Below, in pieces: positions 10,420 to 20,740 of a DNA stretch of 64,000 bases. Position numbers and translations under genes: made by a program. A model generated the notes under the pieces. The model saw only the letters and a program-made list of their open reading frames with translations, made no database searches and was not told where the DNA came from. Source of the stretch: a virus. Position 1 is the first letter of the stretch; each line of letters starts with the position of its first letter. The DNA lies in IMG/VR virus record IMGVR_UViG_3300020416_000001, positions 96,001 through 160,000 of that record, one strand, 5' to 3'.

Positions 10420-11090
10420 TGATAGTAGAACAACTTGCAACCGTAATTCGATGTGCGGTTCTGGAGTTGGATGCTGTACGAGTTGAAACACCACAAGATT
10501 ATATCTTCAACGGTGATCTTGTAATTAAAAACGAGATCTATAAGTGTGAAGGTCTTCGTAAGTTACATCTTGAGATAGCAAAAACAAGTGCACTAGATGT
10601 ATTGCACTGTGTATTTTTTCCAGACTTTGAATACCCAATACCTATCTTCGGTGCTGACATCATCGCAACCAAGACAACAGTTACTGCTGCTATTGTAGAT
10701 GTATCTCCTGTACATAAATGCGGTAACATATATGCTAGTATAGCACCCTTAGCAAACTCGTATCATTTCTCTACGAATAGACCACTACCACTATGGGGTG
10801 AGATCTTCTCTCAATACTGTAAGTTTGTAAGGTTAAAGACAGAGAAAGAAAAATTAGACTTCGTTAACCTTGTCAATAATATACTGATGGTATATACAGA
10901 CTATGCCAAATCAGCACAAAGGGATGACAAGTGGGTGAATAATATGTTAAGATTGGATGACCAGATCTGGTACTGTAAATCCCAGAAACAAAACAAGAAG
11001 ACTCTCGCTGTTCTGAGTCAATGGTTCAATCCAGAATTTGCCAAGAGATACATCGACGAGATGCTCTTCGATACACCCAAGATCAAATGA
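10419..11090 (+). CDS. pcyA: Ferredoxin-dependent bilin reductase, PcyA type
   Basis: RKLHLE, VLHCVFFP, PIFGADI, RPLP.WG.IFS, YC..QKQN.KT. Confidence 0.85.
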   Translation: MIVEQLATVIRCAVLELDAVRVETPQDYIFNGDLVIKNEIYKCEGLRKLHLEIAKTSALDVLHCVFFPDFEYPIPIFGADIIATKTTVTAAIVDVSPVHKCGNIYASIAPLANSYHFSTNRPLPLWGEIFSQYCKFVRLKTEKEKLDFVNLVNNILMVYTDYAKSAQRDDKWVNNMLRLDDQIWYCKSQKQNKKTLAVLSQWFNPEFAKRYIDEMLFDTPKIK

Positions 11091-11221
11091 ACGATTCAAC
11101 ATTGCAACGCATCGCAGATGCACTTGAGAGAATTGCTTCCTCTCTTGAACACCTTCACATTGAGGAGATTGAACACAACCACATTGAGGGTGACATTAAC
11201 ACACACGCTAAAACTTGGTAA
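11087..11221 (+). CDS. Small hypothetical protein (44 aa)
   Basis: ATGA-coupled to pcyA; LQRIADALERIA helix. Confidence 0.65.
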   Translation: MNDSTLQRIADALERIASSLEHLHIEEIEHNHIEGDINTHAKTW

Positions 11222-11439
11222 TGAGACTTACACAAAAACTAATCGATGAGATCCAGATTGCTCTACAGCATACCAAAAAGGATGGTACAGTAAACTGGAA
11301 AGACGGTGATGAGATTGAAGTCAGTGTTGCAGGTACGTTTGCTGCTGACAAGTTCATTGTCATCAACAATAGATCCAAGAAACCTTGGACACCATCAATC
11401 AATAGTACACACCACCCCGATTATAAAAAACCAGAATGA
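11221..11439 (+). CDS. Hypothetical protein
   Basis: Coupled ORF before gp47. Confidence 0.7.
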   Translation: MRLTQKLIDEIQIALQHTKKDGTVNWKDGDEIEVSVAGTFAADKFIVINNRSKKPWTPSINSTHHPDYKKPE

Positions 11440-12482
11440 AAGTCCTACTAATTACAGATCAACATTTTGGTGTCCGTAATGATCATCCTGTATTCCTAGA
11501 AAAATACAGGCAGTTCTATACGAACACTGTGATTCCGTATATTAAGAGGAATAAGATTGACACGATCTTTTGTCTGGGCGATACCTTTGACAAGCGTAAG
11601 TCAATCAATTTTGCTTCTCTTGAAGCAGCACGTGATATGTGGTTTGATCCCCTGAGAGAAATGGGTGTCAAAGTAACTACCCTTATCGGTAACCACGACA
11701 TATACTATAAGAATACTTTACGTGTTAATGCACCCAATCATCTACTGGGTGAGTACGATAATATTACTGTCATAGATGAACCCACAGAAATAGAATACGG
11801 TGGTAAGAAGTTTATGTTCTTGCCGTGGATTTGTCCTGATGATAAAGAAAAATTTGGCGACGCAGTTGATAAGTCTGATGCTGATGTTCTTCTCGGACAT
11901 CTAGAACTAAATGGATTCGAAGCAATCCCAGGTCACGTGATGGAGCACGGAGAAGATCCTGCAAGGTATGAGAGGTTCCCTCTAGTTTGTACAGGTCACT
12001 ATCATATGAAATCTAGGAGAGGTAATATCCAATACCTAGGAAACCCGTACCAACTCTACTGGAATGATTACGGTCAGAGACGTGGATTCCACGTCCTAAA
12101 TACTGATACGTTGAAGTTAACATTTATACAAAACAAATACGATATTTTTTGCAAACTTTACTACGACGATTCTAGGAATGATTACGATGACATTCCTGAT
12201 CTCTCACAACTGAAAGGATCATTTGTTAAACTAATAGTACAGAACAGATCAAATCAAAAATGGTTTGATCGAATGATCAAAGCAATTCAACAGGCAGACG
12301 TAGCAGATCTAAAGATCATTGAGGATCTGACACTGGATGCACCCGAGGTCAAAGAAGATGTTAAGATGGAAGATACTATGAGTATCCTTGAAACTTACGT
12401 TATGGATCTTGAGGAAACTGTTGATAAGAAAAACGTCGTTAACATTCTGAAATCACTCTATGTCGAATCACTAAATCTTTAA
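11436..12482 (+). CDS. gp47: Recombination nuclease gp47 (Mre11/SbcD-like)
   Basis: ITDQHFG, LGDTFD, GNHD, GHYH. Confidence 0.96.
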   Translation: MKVLLITDQHFGVRNDHPVFLEKYRQFYTNTVIPYIKRNKIDTIFCLGDTFDKRKSINFASLEAARDMWFDPLREMGVKVTTLIGNHDIYYKNTLRVNAPNHLLGEYDNITVIDEPTEIEYGGKKFMFLPWICPDDKEKFGDAVDKSDADVLLGHLELNGFEAIPGHVMEHGEDPARYERFPLVCTGHYHMKSRRGNIQYLGNPYQLYWNDYGQRRGFHVLNTDTLKLTFIQNKYDIFCKLYYDDSRNDYDDIPDLSQLKGSFVKLIVQNRSNQKWFDRMIKAIQQADVADLKIIEDLTLDAPEVKEDVKMEDTMSILETYVMDLEETVDKKNVVNILKSLYVESLNL

Positions 12483-12751
12483 TGTTCATTCTTACAGACG
12501 GAAAAACTGGTGGTGTCTATGCCGTAACTCCTAATGGGAAAAACGATCCCAAGGGTCCTAAGGCAGTGCAAATTTTCGTTGACAAAGATGATGCGATACG
12601 CTATAATTTAATGCTAGAGGCAAACGATTATGATCGTAAACTAGACGTGCTTGAGGTTGAGTTCGACCTCGTAGTACAGAACTGTCTAGCACATCGATAT
12701 GACTACGTTATTGTTAAACCTGATCAAGTGGTGGTTCCTCCAACCGATTAA
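12482..12751 (+). CDS. Hypothetical protein
   Basis: ORF between gp47 and gp46. Confidence 0.75.
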   Translation: MFILTDGKTGGVYAVTPNGKNDPKGPKAVQIFVDKDDAIRYNLMLEANDYDRKLDVLEVEFDLVVQNCLAHRYDYVIVKPDQVVVPPTD

Positions 12752-12753
12752 TT

Positions 12754-14472
12754 ATGATTGTATTTGAGAAACTTCGATGGAGAAATTTCTTATCAACAGG
12801 ACAAAACTTCACTGAACTAGATCTCATCGACACATCCTCAACTCTTGTTGTGGGTAATAACGGTGCAGGTAAGTCCACGATGTTGGATGCTTTGTGCTTT
12901 GGACTCTTCAATAGACCTTTCCGTAAGGTTTCCAAGTCACAACTTGTTAATACTATTAATGAAAGAGATACGATTGTAGAAATAGATTTTAGTATTGGAT
13001 CTGTATCGTACAAAGTTGTACGAGGAATGAAACCCAATGTCTTCGAAATCTGGAGGAATGGTTCCCTCGTCGATCAGGACGCAGCGAATAGAGACTATCA
13101 AAAATACTTGGAGCAGAGCATACTTAAACTTAACTTCAAGTCTTTCACTCAGGTTGTTATTCTTGGTAGTTCAACTTTTGTTCCTTTTATGCAGTTGTCT
13201 GCACCGCATAGAAGAGAGGTTATCGAAGATCTGTTGGACATCCAAATCTTCTCGCAGATGAATATGCTGCTGAAGGAGAGAGTAAAAGATAATAGAGAAC
13301 AACTAAAAGAATGTGAGCATCAGTTACAACTTGCAGAACAAGCAATTACTTCTCAGAAGAGAACTGTTGATAAACTGTCTGCAGTAAATGATGAACGTAT
13401 CAATAGACAGCAACAAAAATTTAAGGACAACGAAGATAGGATGTTGGTAATCAAAGAAGAGATTGCTATCATCGAACAGCGTGTCATCGGACTCAAGTCT
13501 ATGCAAGAAGAGTTGATGAAGCACGAGAACCTTATGATGCAACAGAATAAGATCAAGGGCAAACTAGAAGACAAGAGTAAGAAGTTTGTCAAGGACAAAG
13601 CATTCTTTGAGACCAACTCAACCTGTCCTACTTGTTCTCAGGACATTGAAGAATCATTTAGAAATATGAAGGTTTCTATCTATACTAAAAAGCACGATGA
13701 TTTGCGTAGTGCAATTACAGAACTTGAAACACAGATTCAAGATACCCTAGAGATTAGTAGTAACATAAAGACTGAGACAGACAAGTTGTCTGAGGATCAG
13801 TTTGAGATCCGTCGTTTATATAATGAAGAAAAGAATCTGATGAAAGAGAACAGTGAGATCCTATCTCACGTACAGAAACTAAGCACACTGCCTGACATTA
13901 CTAAGGAGAAAGAACAACTCAAAATATTCCAAGAAACTTATGATGAGCGAGAAGAGTCTTGTTCAAAAGTTACAAAAGAAACTTTGGATTATAAACTAGT
14001 AGGAACTCTCCTCAAGGATGGTGGTATCAAGGCAAAGATTATCTCAAAGTATATTCCTATCATCAACCAGAGAATCAATAAGTATCTGGGAGAGATGGAC
14101 ACCTTTGTCAATTTTACCCTTGACGAAGAATTCTCTGAGGTGATAAAATCTCGCCATCGCGACAAGTTCTCCTATGCCTCATTCAGTGAGGGAGAGAAGC
14201 AGAAAATTGATCTGTCATTATTATTTACTTGGAGACACGTTGCGAAACTAAAAAACTCTGTTGCTACTAATCTGCTCATCCTAGATGAGGTGTTTGATTC
14301 ATCACTAGATAATCAAGCAACTGATGAACTCTTAAAAATTCTTAAGAGTTTAGGTAGCGAAACAAACTTCTTTGTTATCTCACACAAAGGTGAGGTTCTT
14401 GCAGACAAGTTTGAGAAACAAATCCGTTTCGAAAAGATCAACGGGTTCAGTAAATCCTTCACGTATGAGTAA
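12754..14472 (+). CDS. gp46: Recombination ATPase gp46 (Rad50/SbcC-like)
   Basis: GNNGAGKST, CPTC zinc hook, FSEGEK, LDEVFD. Confidence 0.97.
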   Translation: MIVFEKLRWRNFLSTGQNFTELDLIDTSSTLVVGNNGAGKSTMLDALCFGLFNRPFRKVSKSQLVNTINERDTIVEIDFSIGSVSYKVVRGMKPNVFEIWRNGSLVDQDAANRDYQKYLEQSILKLNFKSFTQVVILGSSTFVPFMQLSAPHRREVIEDLLDIQIFSQMNMLLKERVKDNREQLKECEHQLQLAEQAITSQKRTVDKLSAVNDERINRQQQKFKDNEDRMLVIKEEIAIIEQRVIGLKSMQEELMKHENLMMQQNKIKGKLEDKSKKFVKDKAFFETNSTCPTCSQDIEESFRNMKVSIYTKKHDDLRSAITELETQIQDTLEISSNIKTETDKLSEDQFEIRRLYNEEKNLMKENSEILSHVQKLSTLPDITKEKEQLKIFQETYDEREESCSKVTKETLDYKLVGTLLKDGGIKAKIISKYIPIINQRINKYLGEMDTFVNFTLDEEFSEVIKSRHRDKFSYASFSEGEKQKIDLSLLFTWRHVAKLKNSVATNLLILDEVFDSSLDNQATDELLKILKSLGSETNFFVISHKGEVLADKFEKQIRFEKINGFSKSFTYE

Positions 14473-15050
14473 TGTTTAGTCATCCATTTTTTACCAATCC
14501 AGATGGGTATCCAAAGCACGCTGATTTGAAAGTAGATCTACTTGAATCACGTGACAAGATTATTCAAGACTTCAACATTTTCTATGGAACTGGGTACTCG
14601 ACTGTTCATACTAACCCTAACTATCATCTGGTATATCCAGAGTTTGCAGATTGGGTTCTATCGAATATTGAACCTTTTGACCACGAACTCAAAATACACC
14701 AGATGTGGGTCAACGTTAATCCGCACGGCGGGTTTCAAATGCGTCACAACCACGCAGACGCAGATATGGCAGGCACCTACTATCTCAAGGTCCCACCAGG
14801 GGATACTGGGGATATTTTCTTCTATCATCCTAGCAACGCTGTCGATACGCTAAATAGAATTCAACCATACTGGAACTATACACACTGTCAGATTCCTAGA
14901 GAACGAGACTTGTATTTCTGGCCAGGTTATCAGGACCACGAAGTCCGACAAAATTATGAGAATCAAGAACGATGGTCTATCAGTTTCACTCTGAAAATTC
15001 CACAGAAGATCCGAGAGATAAGATTTCCCAGTTTACCCAAGACTTCTTGA
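14472..15050 (+). CDS. 2OG-Fe(II) oxygenase
   Basis: WVNVN..HNH..GTYY, distal H, RWSISF. Confidence 0.8.
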   Translation: MFSHPFFTNPDGYPKHADLKVDLLESRDKIIQDFNIFYGTGYSTVHTNPNYHLVYPEFADWVLSNIEPFDHELKIHQMWVNVNPHGGFQMRHNHADADMAGTYYLKVPPGDTGDIFFYHPSNAVDTLNRIQPYWNYTHCQIPRERDLYFWPGYQDHEVRQNYENQERWSISFTLKIPQKIREIRFPSLPKTS

Positions 15051-15607
15051 ATCCTCTGACAAATGTTAAAGTAGAACTATTCCCTACTACACTCTATGTT
15101 TTTTCCCACCATAACTCAGCGATTGACAAAGAGATTGAAAACATACCTGACGATCCTGAGATACTATCCCACCTATCGCCAGGGGCAAAACCAAGTATTG
15201 TCGAAGGATCACATCAGGGTATGTACAGTCTTCAACTCTTCCGACGATATGAACTACCTGCCCTCAGTGAGTTCATACGCAACAGTATGGAGCAAGTTCT
15301 TCCAGACGCGAAAATTTTCCAGTCTTGGATAAATAGATTACCGAAGGGTGCGAAGCAAGAGGTACATACTCACGCAAATGCAGTTCTGTCTGGTATATAT
15401 TATCACAACACTACACCCGAGCAAGGTGGTATAGTGTTTATGAATCCCAATCCGTTCTCCAAGATGGCAATGTGGAATACTGAGGAAGGTAGGTTCTTCC
15501 CATCCACACCAAGAACATTAGTATTGTTTCCATCGTGGTTAGAACATAAGACATCGGAAAACAGATCAGATAAACTACGAGTCTCGATTGCATTCAATGC
15601 AAAGTAG
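15047..15607 (+). CDS. 2OG-Fe(II) oxygenase (probable TTG start)
   Basis: SWIN, HTH..LSGIYY, LFPSWLEH, RVSIAFN. Confidence 0.8.
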   Translation: MNPLTNVKVELFPTTLYVFSHHNSAIDKEIENIPDDPEILSHLSPGAKPSIVEGSHQGMYSLQLFRRYELPALSEFIRNSMEQVLPDAKIFQSWINRLPKGAKQEVHTHANAVLSGIYYHNTTPEQGGIVFMNPNPFSKMAMWNTEEGRFFPSTPRTLVLFPSWLEHKTSENRSDKLRVSIAFNAK

Positions 15608-15662
15608 ACAGTTGACAAAGTGGCACACTAACCCTTCCATCTCGGTGGAGGGGTTTTATAAT
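15607..15662 (+). promoter_or_regulatory. Early-type promoter: GTGGCACA box + hairpin + TATAAT
   Basis: Box starts 37 nt before the -10; the same layout recurs elsewhere in the window. Confidence 0.7.
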
Positions 15663-15687
15663 ATGTACATACGACACACGGAAACAA

Positions 15688-17853
15688 ATGACAGTAAACA
15701 AAGGAGTCAAAGGTACACTCGCTAAGTTGCTCGCAACTGAAGACCTTATCATTGAGCACAAGAATTGTCAGACTGCATCATTCGATGTCAAGCGTCGTGT
15801 TCTTACTCTTCCTATCTGGGACAAAGCAAGCGAAGAAGTTTACGATCTTCTAGTTGCACACGAGGTAGGTCACGCTTTGTTTACACCTTCAGAGTGGACA
15901 ACAGATCAGTTCAAGTGCCCTCAGTCCTATGTAAACGTTACTGAAGATGCACGTATCGAGAAGTTGATGAAGCGTAAGTATGCAGGTCTTCCTAAAACAT
16001 TCTACAGAGGTTACAAAGAACTCAACGACGATGACTTCTTCCAAGCAGAGAATCCTGAGAAGTGCAACCTAATCGACCGCATCAATCTTTTCTTCAAGAT
16101 CGGTAACTACAGAGATATTCCTTTCACTGCTGAAGAGAAAGTATTTGTAAAAGAGACTGGCGATGCAGAAACATTCCAAGAGTCTTGCGATGTTGCTCTC
16201 AAAGTTTTCAAGTATATGAAAGAAAAGCAGGAGCAAATGCAAGAGGTTGAGGTTCCTGCAGCACCTAAAGGTGCAGACCAAGGTGCTCCATCAGGTGACA
16301 CTGTTGAGTCTGAAGACAAGTCAGAGAACACAGCAGGCGAAGGCGACAAGTTTCAAGAAGACATCAATCCTGACGCTGACCTTGATGCACCTGTAGATGA
16401 GACAAACTCTCAGCAACCTACAATCGAGGAGCAGAGTGGTAATGAAGGTTCAGATTCAAAGAATCCTCTTGAGGCAATGACTGACAAAGCATTCCAAGAG
16501 GCAGTCAAGGATCTTGTAGAGAACACATACGACTCTGAGTACATCCAGATTCCTAAGATTGACACAAAAAATATGATCGTATCTTGGGAGAAACTAGTTG
16601 AGTTGTCTGAAGAGCACTGGAATGCAGCAATCGATGAGTACGAAGTTGCAGATCTTGCCAAGTCCAAGACTGACTACAACGAGTTCATCAAAAAATCTCA
16701 AAAGGAAATCAACTTCCTTGTTAAAGAGTTTGAGTGCCGTAAAGCAGCAGACTCCTATGCACGTCAACTTACATCTAAGACTGGTGTTCTTAACACGACT
16801 GTGTTGCACCAGTACAAGTACAACGATGACATCTTCAAGCGTGTGACTGTTGTACCTGACGGTAAGAACCACGGTATGATCTTCCTTCTCGACTGGTCAG
16901 GTTCTATGTCTAACTGCCTGTTCGATACTGCAAAGCAAGTCCTACAACTTGCACACTTCTGCAGAAAGATCAACATCCCATTCCGTTGCTATGCTTTCAA
17001 CTATGCTTGGAATGCATTCTATCCTGATAGACCACAAGATGAGCGTTTCACTCCTGCCTATGGAGACATCTCATTCTCTAACGGATTCTGTCTTGTAGAA
17101 ATGCTTTCTTCTGAAGCAAAGAAAAAAGCAGACTTCGAGCGTACTTGCTTGACATTCTGGAGAAACGTTGCATCTAACTGCAGCGACAGAGGTAACTGGT
17201 ATGGACGTTACTATCGTTTCAACCACTGCCCAGGTCTAGGTCTTAGTGGCACACCACTCCTAGAGTCTATTGCAGCAATGCACTCAGTCATCCCTCAGTT
17301 CAAAAAAGAGACTGGTGCTCAGAAAGTATCTCTCTCAGTTCTATCTGATGGAGAGGCAGGACCCTGCTCATTCTTCTGTGAGCGTGCTAACCTCTTCTCA
17401 GGCAGATTGTTCGAGAACACATACGGTCGTAGGTGCCAACTTCGTGACCGTAAGATCGGTAAGATCTATCAAAAGGAAGACAATCCTTCATACCAACTTC
17501 AGACATTCCTTGAGAACCTCAAGGACAGATTCCCTGAGGTAACTATCGTAGGTTTCCGTCTTGTAGCACCTAGAGATTCATACTCATACTTCCGTCAACT
17601 TGGTTTTATGGGTCAACTCAAGCGTGTAGATCTTGCACACAATAAGTTCAAGAAGGACAAGTTTGTACAGATCGATACTTCTAAGTACGATGTACTCTAT
17701 GTACTTCCTACAAACAACCTTGAAGAGTCCGAGTCTATCGAAGTCGAGGACGGTGCAGAGATCAAGCAGATCCGTGCTGCCTTCAAGAAACTTTACAAAG
17801 GCAAGAACAGCAACAAGAAGATGCTTTCTTCCCTCAGTAAGACAATCGCATAA
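15688..17853 (+). CDS. HExxH metallopeptidase-like N-domain + vWA domain protein (CobT-like partner of CobS)
   Basis: AHEVGH..EDARIE; acidic linker; MIDAS DWSGS, GTPL, LSDGE. Confidence 0.8.
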   Translation: MTVNKGVKGTLAKLLATEDLIIEHKNCQTASFDVKRRVLTLPIWDKASEEVYDLLVAHEVGHALFTPSEWTTDQFKCPQSYVNVTEDARIEKLMKRKYAGLPKTFYRGYKELNDDDFFQAENPEKCNLIDRINLFFKIGNYRDIPFTAEEKVFVKETGDAETFQESCDVALKVFKYMKEKQEQMQEVEVPAAPKGADQGAPSGDTVESEDKSENTAGEGDKFQEDINPDADLDAPVDETNSQQPTIEEQSGNEGSDSKNPLEAMTDKAFQEAVKDLVENTYDSEYIQIPKIDTKNMIVSWEKLVELSEEHWNAAIDEYEVADLAKSKTDYNEFIKKSQKEINFLVKEFECRKAADSYARQLTSKTGVLNTTVLHQYKYNDDIFKRVTVVPDGKNHGMIFLLDWSGSMSNCLFDTAKQVLQLAHFCRKINIPFRCYAFNYAWNAFYPDRPQDERFTPAYGDISFSNGFCLVEMLSSEAKKKADFERTCLTFWRNVASNCSDRGNWYGRYYRFNHCPGLGLSGTPLLESIAAMHSVIPQFKKETGAQKVSLSVLSDGEAGPCSFFCERANLFSGRLFENTYGRRCQLRDRKIGKIYQKEDNPSYQLQTFLENLKDRFPEVTIVGFRLVAPRDSYSYFRQLGFMGQLKRVDLAHNKFKKDKFVQIDTSKYDVLYVLPTNNLEESESIEVEDGAEIKQIRAAFKKLYKGKNSNKKMLSSLSKTIA

Positions 17854-17896
17854 GTGGCACACGGACCTCCCATCCGTGGTCCATCTGCTCTATACT
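17854..17896 (+). promoter_or_regulatory. GTGGCACA box + GGACC/GGTCC hairpin + TATACT
   Basis: Same 37-nt box to -10 spacing. Confidence 0.65.
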
Positions 17897-17925
17897 TAAT
17901 TCATACAAACAAACACATAAAACAA

Positions 17926-19023
17926 ATGCCTTTCGATCCAATCCCACACACAACAGAAGACTTCTTCAACTATCTTACAGAGAACTTCGGTCCAGAAGTT
18001 TCTGTTCCTAATCTCCTTGCAGCATCAGATCACTTCAACTGTTCTCTTGCTACTGTAAAGAAAAGACTCAAGCAGTACAAGACAGGATACAACAAGTGGG
18101 AATTGACTGTCGCTGAGGCACGTAAGCAACTTGAGACAATCATTGCTCAACCTGACGTATCACTTGTTCCTTCAAAAGATCCTAACTACGTTCCTTTCGG
18201 TAACTACAGCACAATCAAGAAAGTTATCAAGAGTAAAGCATTCTACCCAACATATATCCAAGGTCTGTCAGGAAACGGTAAAACACTTGGTGTCGAACAA
18301 GTATGTGCGTCTCTAAATAGGGAGTTGATTCGCGTTAACATTACTATTGAGACCGACGAAGATGATCTTATTGGTGGTTTTCGTCTTGTTAATGGTGATA
18401 CTGTTTGGCACAACGGACCAGTCATCGATGCTCTGGAGAAAGGAACTGTGTTGCTTCTAGACGAAGTAGACCTTGCATCAAACAAGATTCTTTGTCTCCA
18501 GTCTGTCCTTGAGGGTAAAGGTGTATTCCTTAAGAAGATCGGTAAGTATGTCAAACCTGCCCCAGGATTCAACGTCATCGCAACTGCTAACACCAAAGGT
18601 AAAGGTTCTGATGACGGTCGTTTCGTAGGAACAAATGTTCTCAACGAAGCATTCCTTGAGCGTTTTGCTATCACTCTTGAACAGGACTATCCATCTGTAG
18701 TCACAGAAACCAAAATCCTTAAAGGTATCTGTGATGACGCTGACTTCTGCAAGCGTCTTGCTGACTGGGCATCTATCATCCGCAGGACATTTGCTGAAGG
18801 TGGTATCGATGAGTTGATCTCTACTCGTCGCTTGGTTCACATTGCAAAAGCATTCAACATCTTTGGTTCCAAGGAAGATGCTATCAAGTTCTCTATCAAT
18901 CGTTTTGATGAAGAGACAAAGCAAGCATTCTTTGAACTCTATGATAAGATTGACGCGGACTTCGCTCCCGAAGGAGACAAAGTTGTACCCTTGAGTGGTA
19001 ACGAGGATGTTGACTTAGGGTGA
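17926..19023 (+). CDS. cobS: CobS-like/MoxR AAA+ ATPase
   Basis: GLSGNGKT, LLLDEVD, ATANTKG, NEAFLERF, STRRL. Confidence 0.9.
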   Translation: MPFDPIPHTTEDFFNYLTENFGPEVSVPNLLAASDHFNCSLATVKKRLKQYKTGYNKWELTVAEARKQLETIIAQPDVSLVPSKDPNYVPFGNYSTIKKVIKSKAFYPTYIQGLSGNGKTLGVEQVCASLNRELIRVNITIETDEDDLIGGFRLVNGDTVWHNGPVIDALEKGTVLLLDEVDLASNKILCLQSVLEGKGVFLKKIGKYVKPAPGFNVIATANTKGKGSDDGRFVGTNVLNEAFLERFAITLEQDYPSVVTETKILKGICDDADFCKRLADWASIIRRTFAEGGIDELISTRRLVHIAKAFNIFGSKEDAIKFSINRFDEETKQAFFELYDKIDADFAPEGDKVVPLSGNEDVDLG

Positions 19024-19038
19024 TAACTCTGGTAAACT
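19010..19038 (+). promoter_or_regulatory. sigma70-type promoter TTGACT-17-TAAACT
   Basis: Near-consensus boxes. Confidence 0.55.
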
Positions 19039-19049
19039 AAAACTATCCT

Positions 19050-19214
19050 ATGGATCTACCTGTTAACGACAAAGAACTTGTCACTATCGTCGCTGCCCTT
19101 AAACTGGGTGGCGACACTGCCCTTCACAACAAACTAAAACTTGTTACTGAACTAAGAGCATTGGGTAAACCTTACAAAAAAATCTTACGAGAACAATACG
19201 GTTATGTCGTTTAA
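19050..19214 (+). CDS. Small hypothetical protein (54 aa, MDLPVNDKEL...)
   Basis: Open frame filling the gap after the promoter. Confidence 0.65.
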   Translation: MDLPVNDKELVTIVAALKLGGDTALHNKLKLVTELRALGKPYKKILREQYGYVV

Positions 19215-19491
19215 GTATGAAGAGAGTGAAACTCTCGATCATTTGAAAGACTACATCAGCAACACATACAAAGGTCACTATTCAGCAGGCAACGATAAAA
19301 TTCAAACACTGGATTTAATTGAAGCGTGTGGTGATGCTGAGGCATTCTGTAGGAGCAACATCCTAAAGTATGCCTCTCGTTATGATAAGAAGGGTTCCGC
19401 CAAAATGGACCTTCTGAAAGTGATGCATTACGCAGTCCTTCTATACCACTTTTCACAAAAACAATCTATCACGGAAACTTACCCTCAATGA
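19204..19491 (+). CDS. DUF3310-like (T7 gp1.7/SaV-like) protein
   Basis: HY....IQTLD.I....FC..NILKY..RY.KKG...DL.K..HY. Confidence 0.7.
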   Translation: MSFKYEESETLDHLKDYISNTYKGHYSAGNDKIQTLDLIEACGDAEAFCRSNILKYASRYDKKGSAKMDLLKVMHYAVLLYHFSQKQSITETYPQ

Positions 19492-20171
19492 GCACAGTAA
19501 AGATCTCCAAAAAAACTCAATCAATCCTTAAGAATTTTGCTACGATCAACAAGTCTATCGTTATCGATCCTGGTAGTAGGATCCGTACGATCTCTGTCAA
19601 CCGCAACATTTATGCTAGTGTCGAGGTTGCTGAAAAGTTCCCTCAGCAGGTCCCGATTTATGACCTCGGTCTGTTCCTCTCTGGTCTCTCACTCTTTGAG
19701 AGTCCGATTTTTGACTTCAGTGACCCTCAGAAACTTGAGATCAAAGATGAGATCCACCAAGCGAGGACGCAGTATTACTACTCTGATCCAGACATCATCA
19801 CAAAACCGCCGTCCAAAGAACTGGACATCCCTGGGGTAGATGTTGAATTTAATCTTCGTACTGATACTCTTGCTGATCTTCTCCGTGCTGCTTCCGTCTA
19901 CCAAGTGCCTGATCTATGTTTGTACAACGGTGGTGGGAACATTAACTTGATGGTATGTGACAAGAAGAATGAAACAAGCAATACATTCAGTGTCCCAGTT
20001 GGAACTCTTAACAATCCTGATGATGAGTTCTGTTACTGTTTCAAGGTAGAGAATCTTAGATTGCTCCCTGGAGATTACAAGGTTCGTATCGCTAAGAACA
20101 AGATCGGACACTTCCAATCTACAGGCACACCCCTTGAATACTACATCGCTCTAGAACCAAAAGGCAAATGA
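19488..20171 (+). CDS. gp45: Sliding clamp gp45
   Basis: LKNFATINKSI, IYDL..FL, YYIALEP. Confidence 0.93.
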   Translation: MSTVKISKKTQSILKNFATINKSIVIDPGSRIRTISVNRNIYASVEVAEKFPQQVPIYDLGLFLSGLSLFESPIFDFSDPQKLEIKDEIHQARTQYYYSDPDIITKPPSKELDIPGVDVEFNLRTDTLADLLRAASVYQVPDLCLYNGGGNINLMVCDKKNETSNTFSVPVGTLNNPDDEFCYCFKVENLRLLPGDYKVRIAKNKIGHFQSTGTPLEYYIALEPKGK

Positions 20172-20740
20172 AGCAAACTGACCTCTTCAGAGTTCCAGTC
20201 TACATCCACTCAGTCCGTGACTGGGATAAGATCAAGGAATCATTCTTGAACAAGATTGACTGGAATGACCCTGAGTGTCAGGATCTAATGCAGGATGATT
20301 ACCTCAATGGCGGTTATAGTGATTTCCACAAATACTATGCTGCAGGTCGTAATGCAGATTATTATGACGAATTGATGACCATCCTGTCTCAACCGCTTCA
20401 AGAGTTTGCTAGTATGAACCCAGGAGCGTTTGTGACTAATGCGTGGTGCCAAAGGTATCCCGCTAACACTTGTCACTCTGCACACAATCACGGTGCAATC
20501 GGATACTCCTCTGTGTTCTATGCTCAACTGGGTAGAGCACATCAACCCACGTCATTCTTCTCACCGTTGATTGATCCGTGGTCTGGACAGATCGAATCGA
20601 TCAATCCACAATGTAGAGAGGGAGACATCATCTTCTTCCCTTCATATCTTATCCATCAATCGCAACCACATCGTGCTGCTGAGGATAAGATTATTTTTTC
20701 TTTCAATTTATATCTCTCTGGAGATACTATTTCATTATGA
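20168..20740 (+). CDS. 2OG-Fe(II) oxygenase
   Basis: WCQ, HSAHNHG, EGDIIFFPSYLIH. Confidence 0.8.
   Translation: MKQTDLFRVPVYIHSVRDWDKIKESFLNKIDWNDPECQDLMQDDYLNGGYSDFHKYYAAGRNADYYDELMTILSQPLQEFASMNPGAFVTNAWCQRYPANTCHSAHNHGAIGYSSVFYAQLGRAHQPTSFFSPLIDPWSGQIESINPQCREGDIIFFPSYLIHQSQPHRAAEDKIIFSFNLYLSGDTISL

Noticed and set aside
17854-17925. GTG-started extension of cobS
   Set aside because: It is the promoter box/hairpin region
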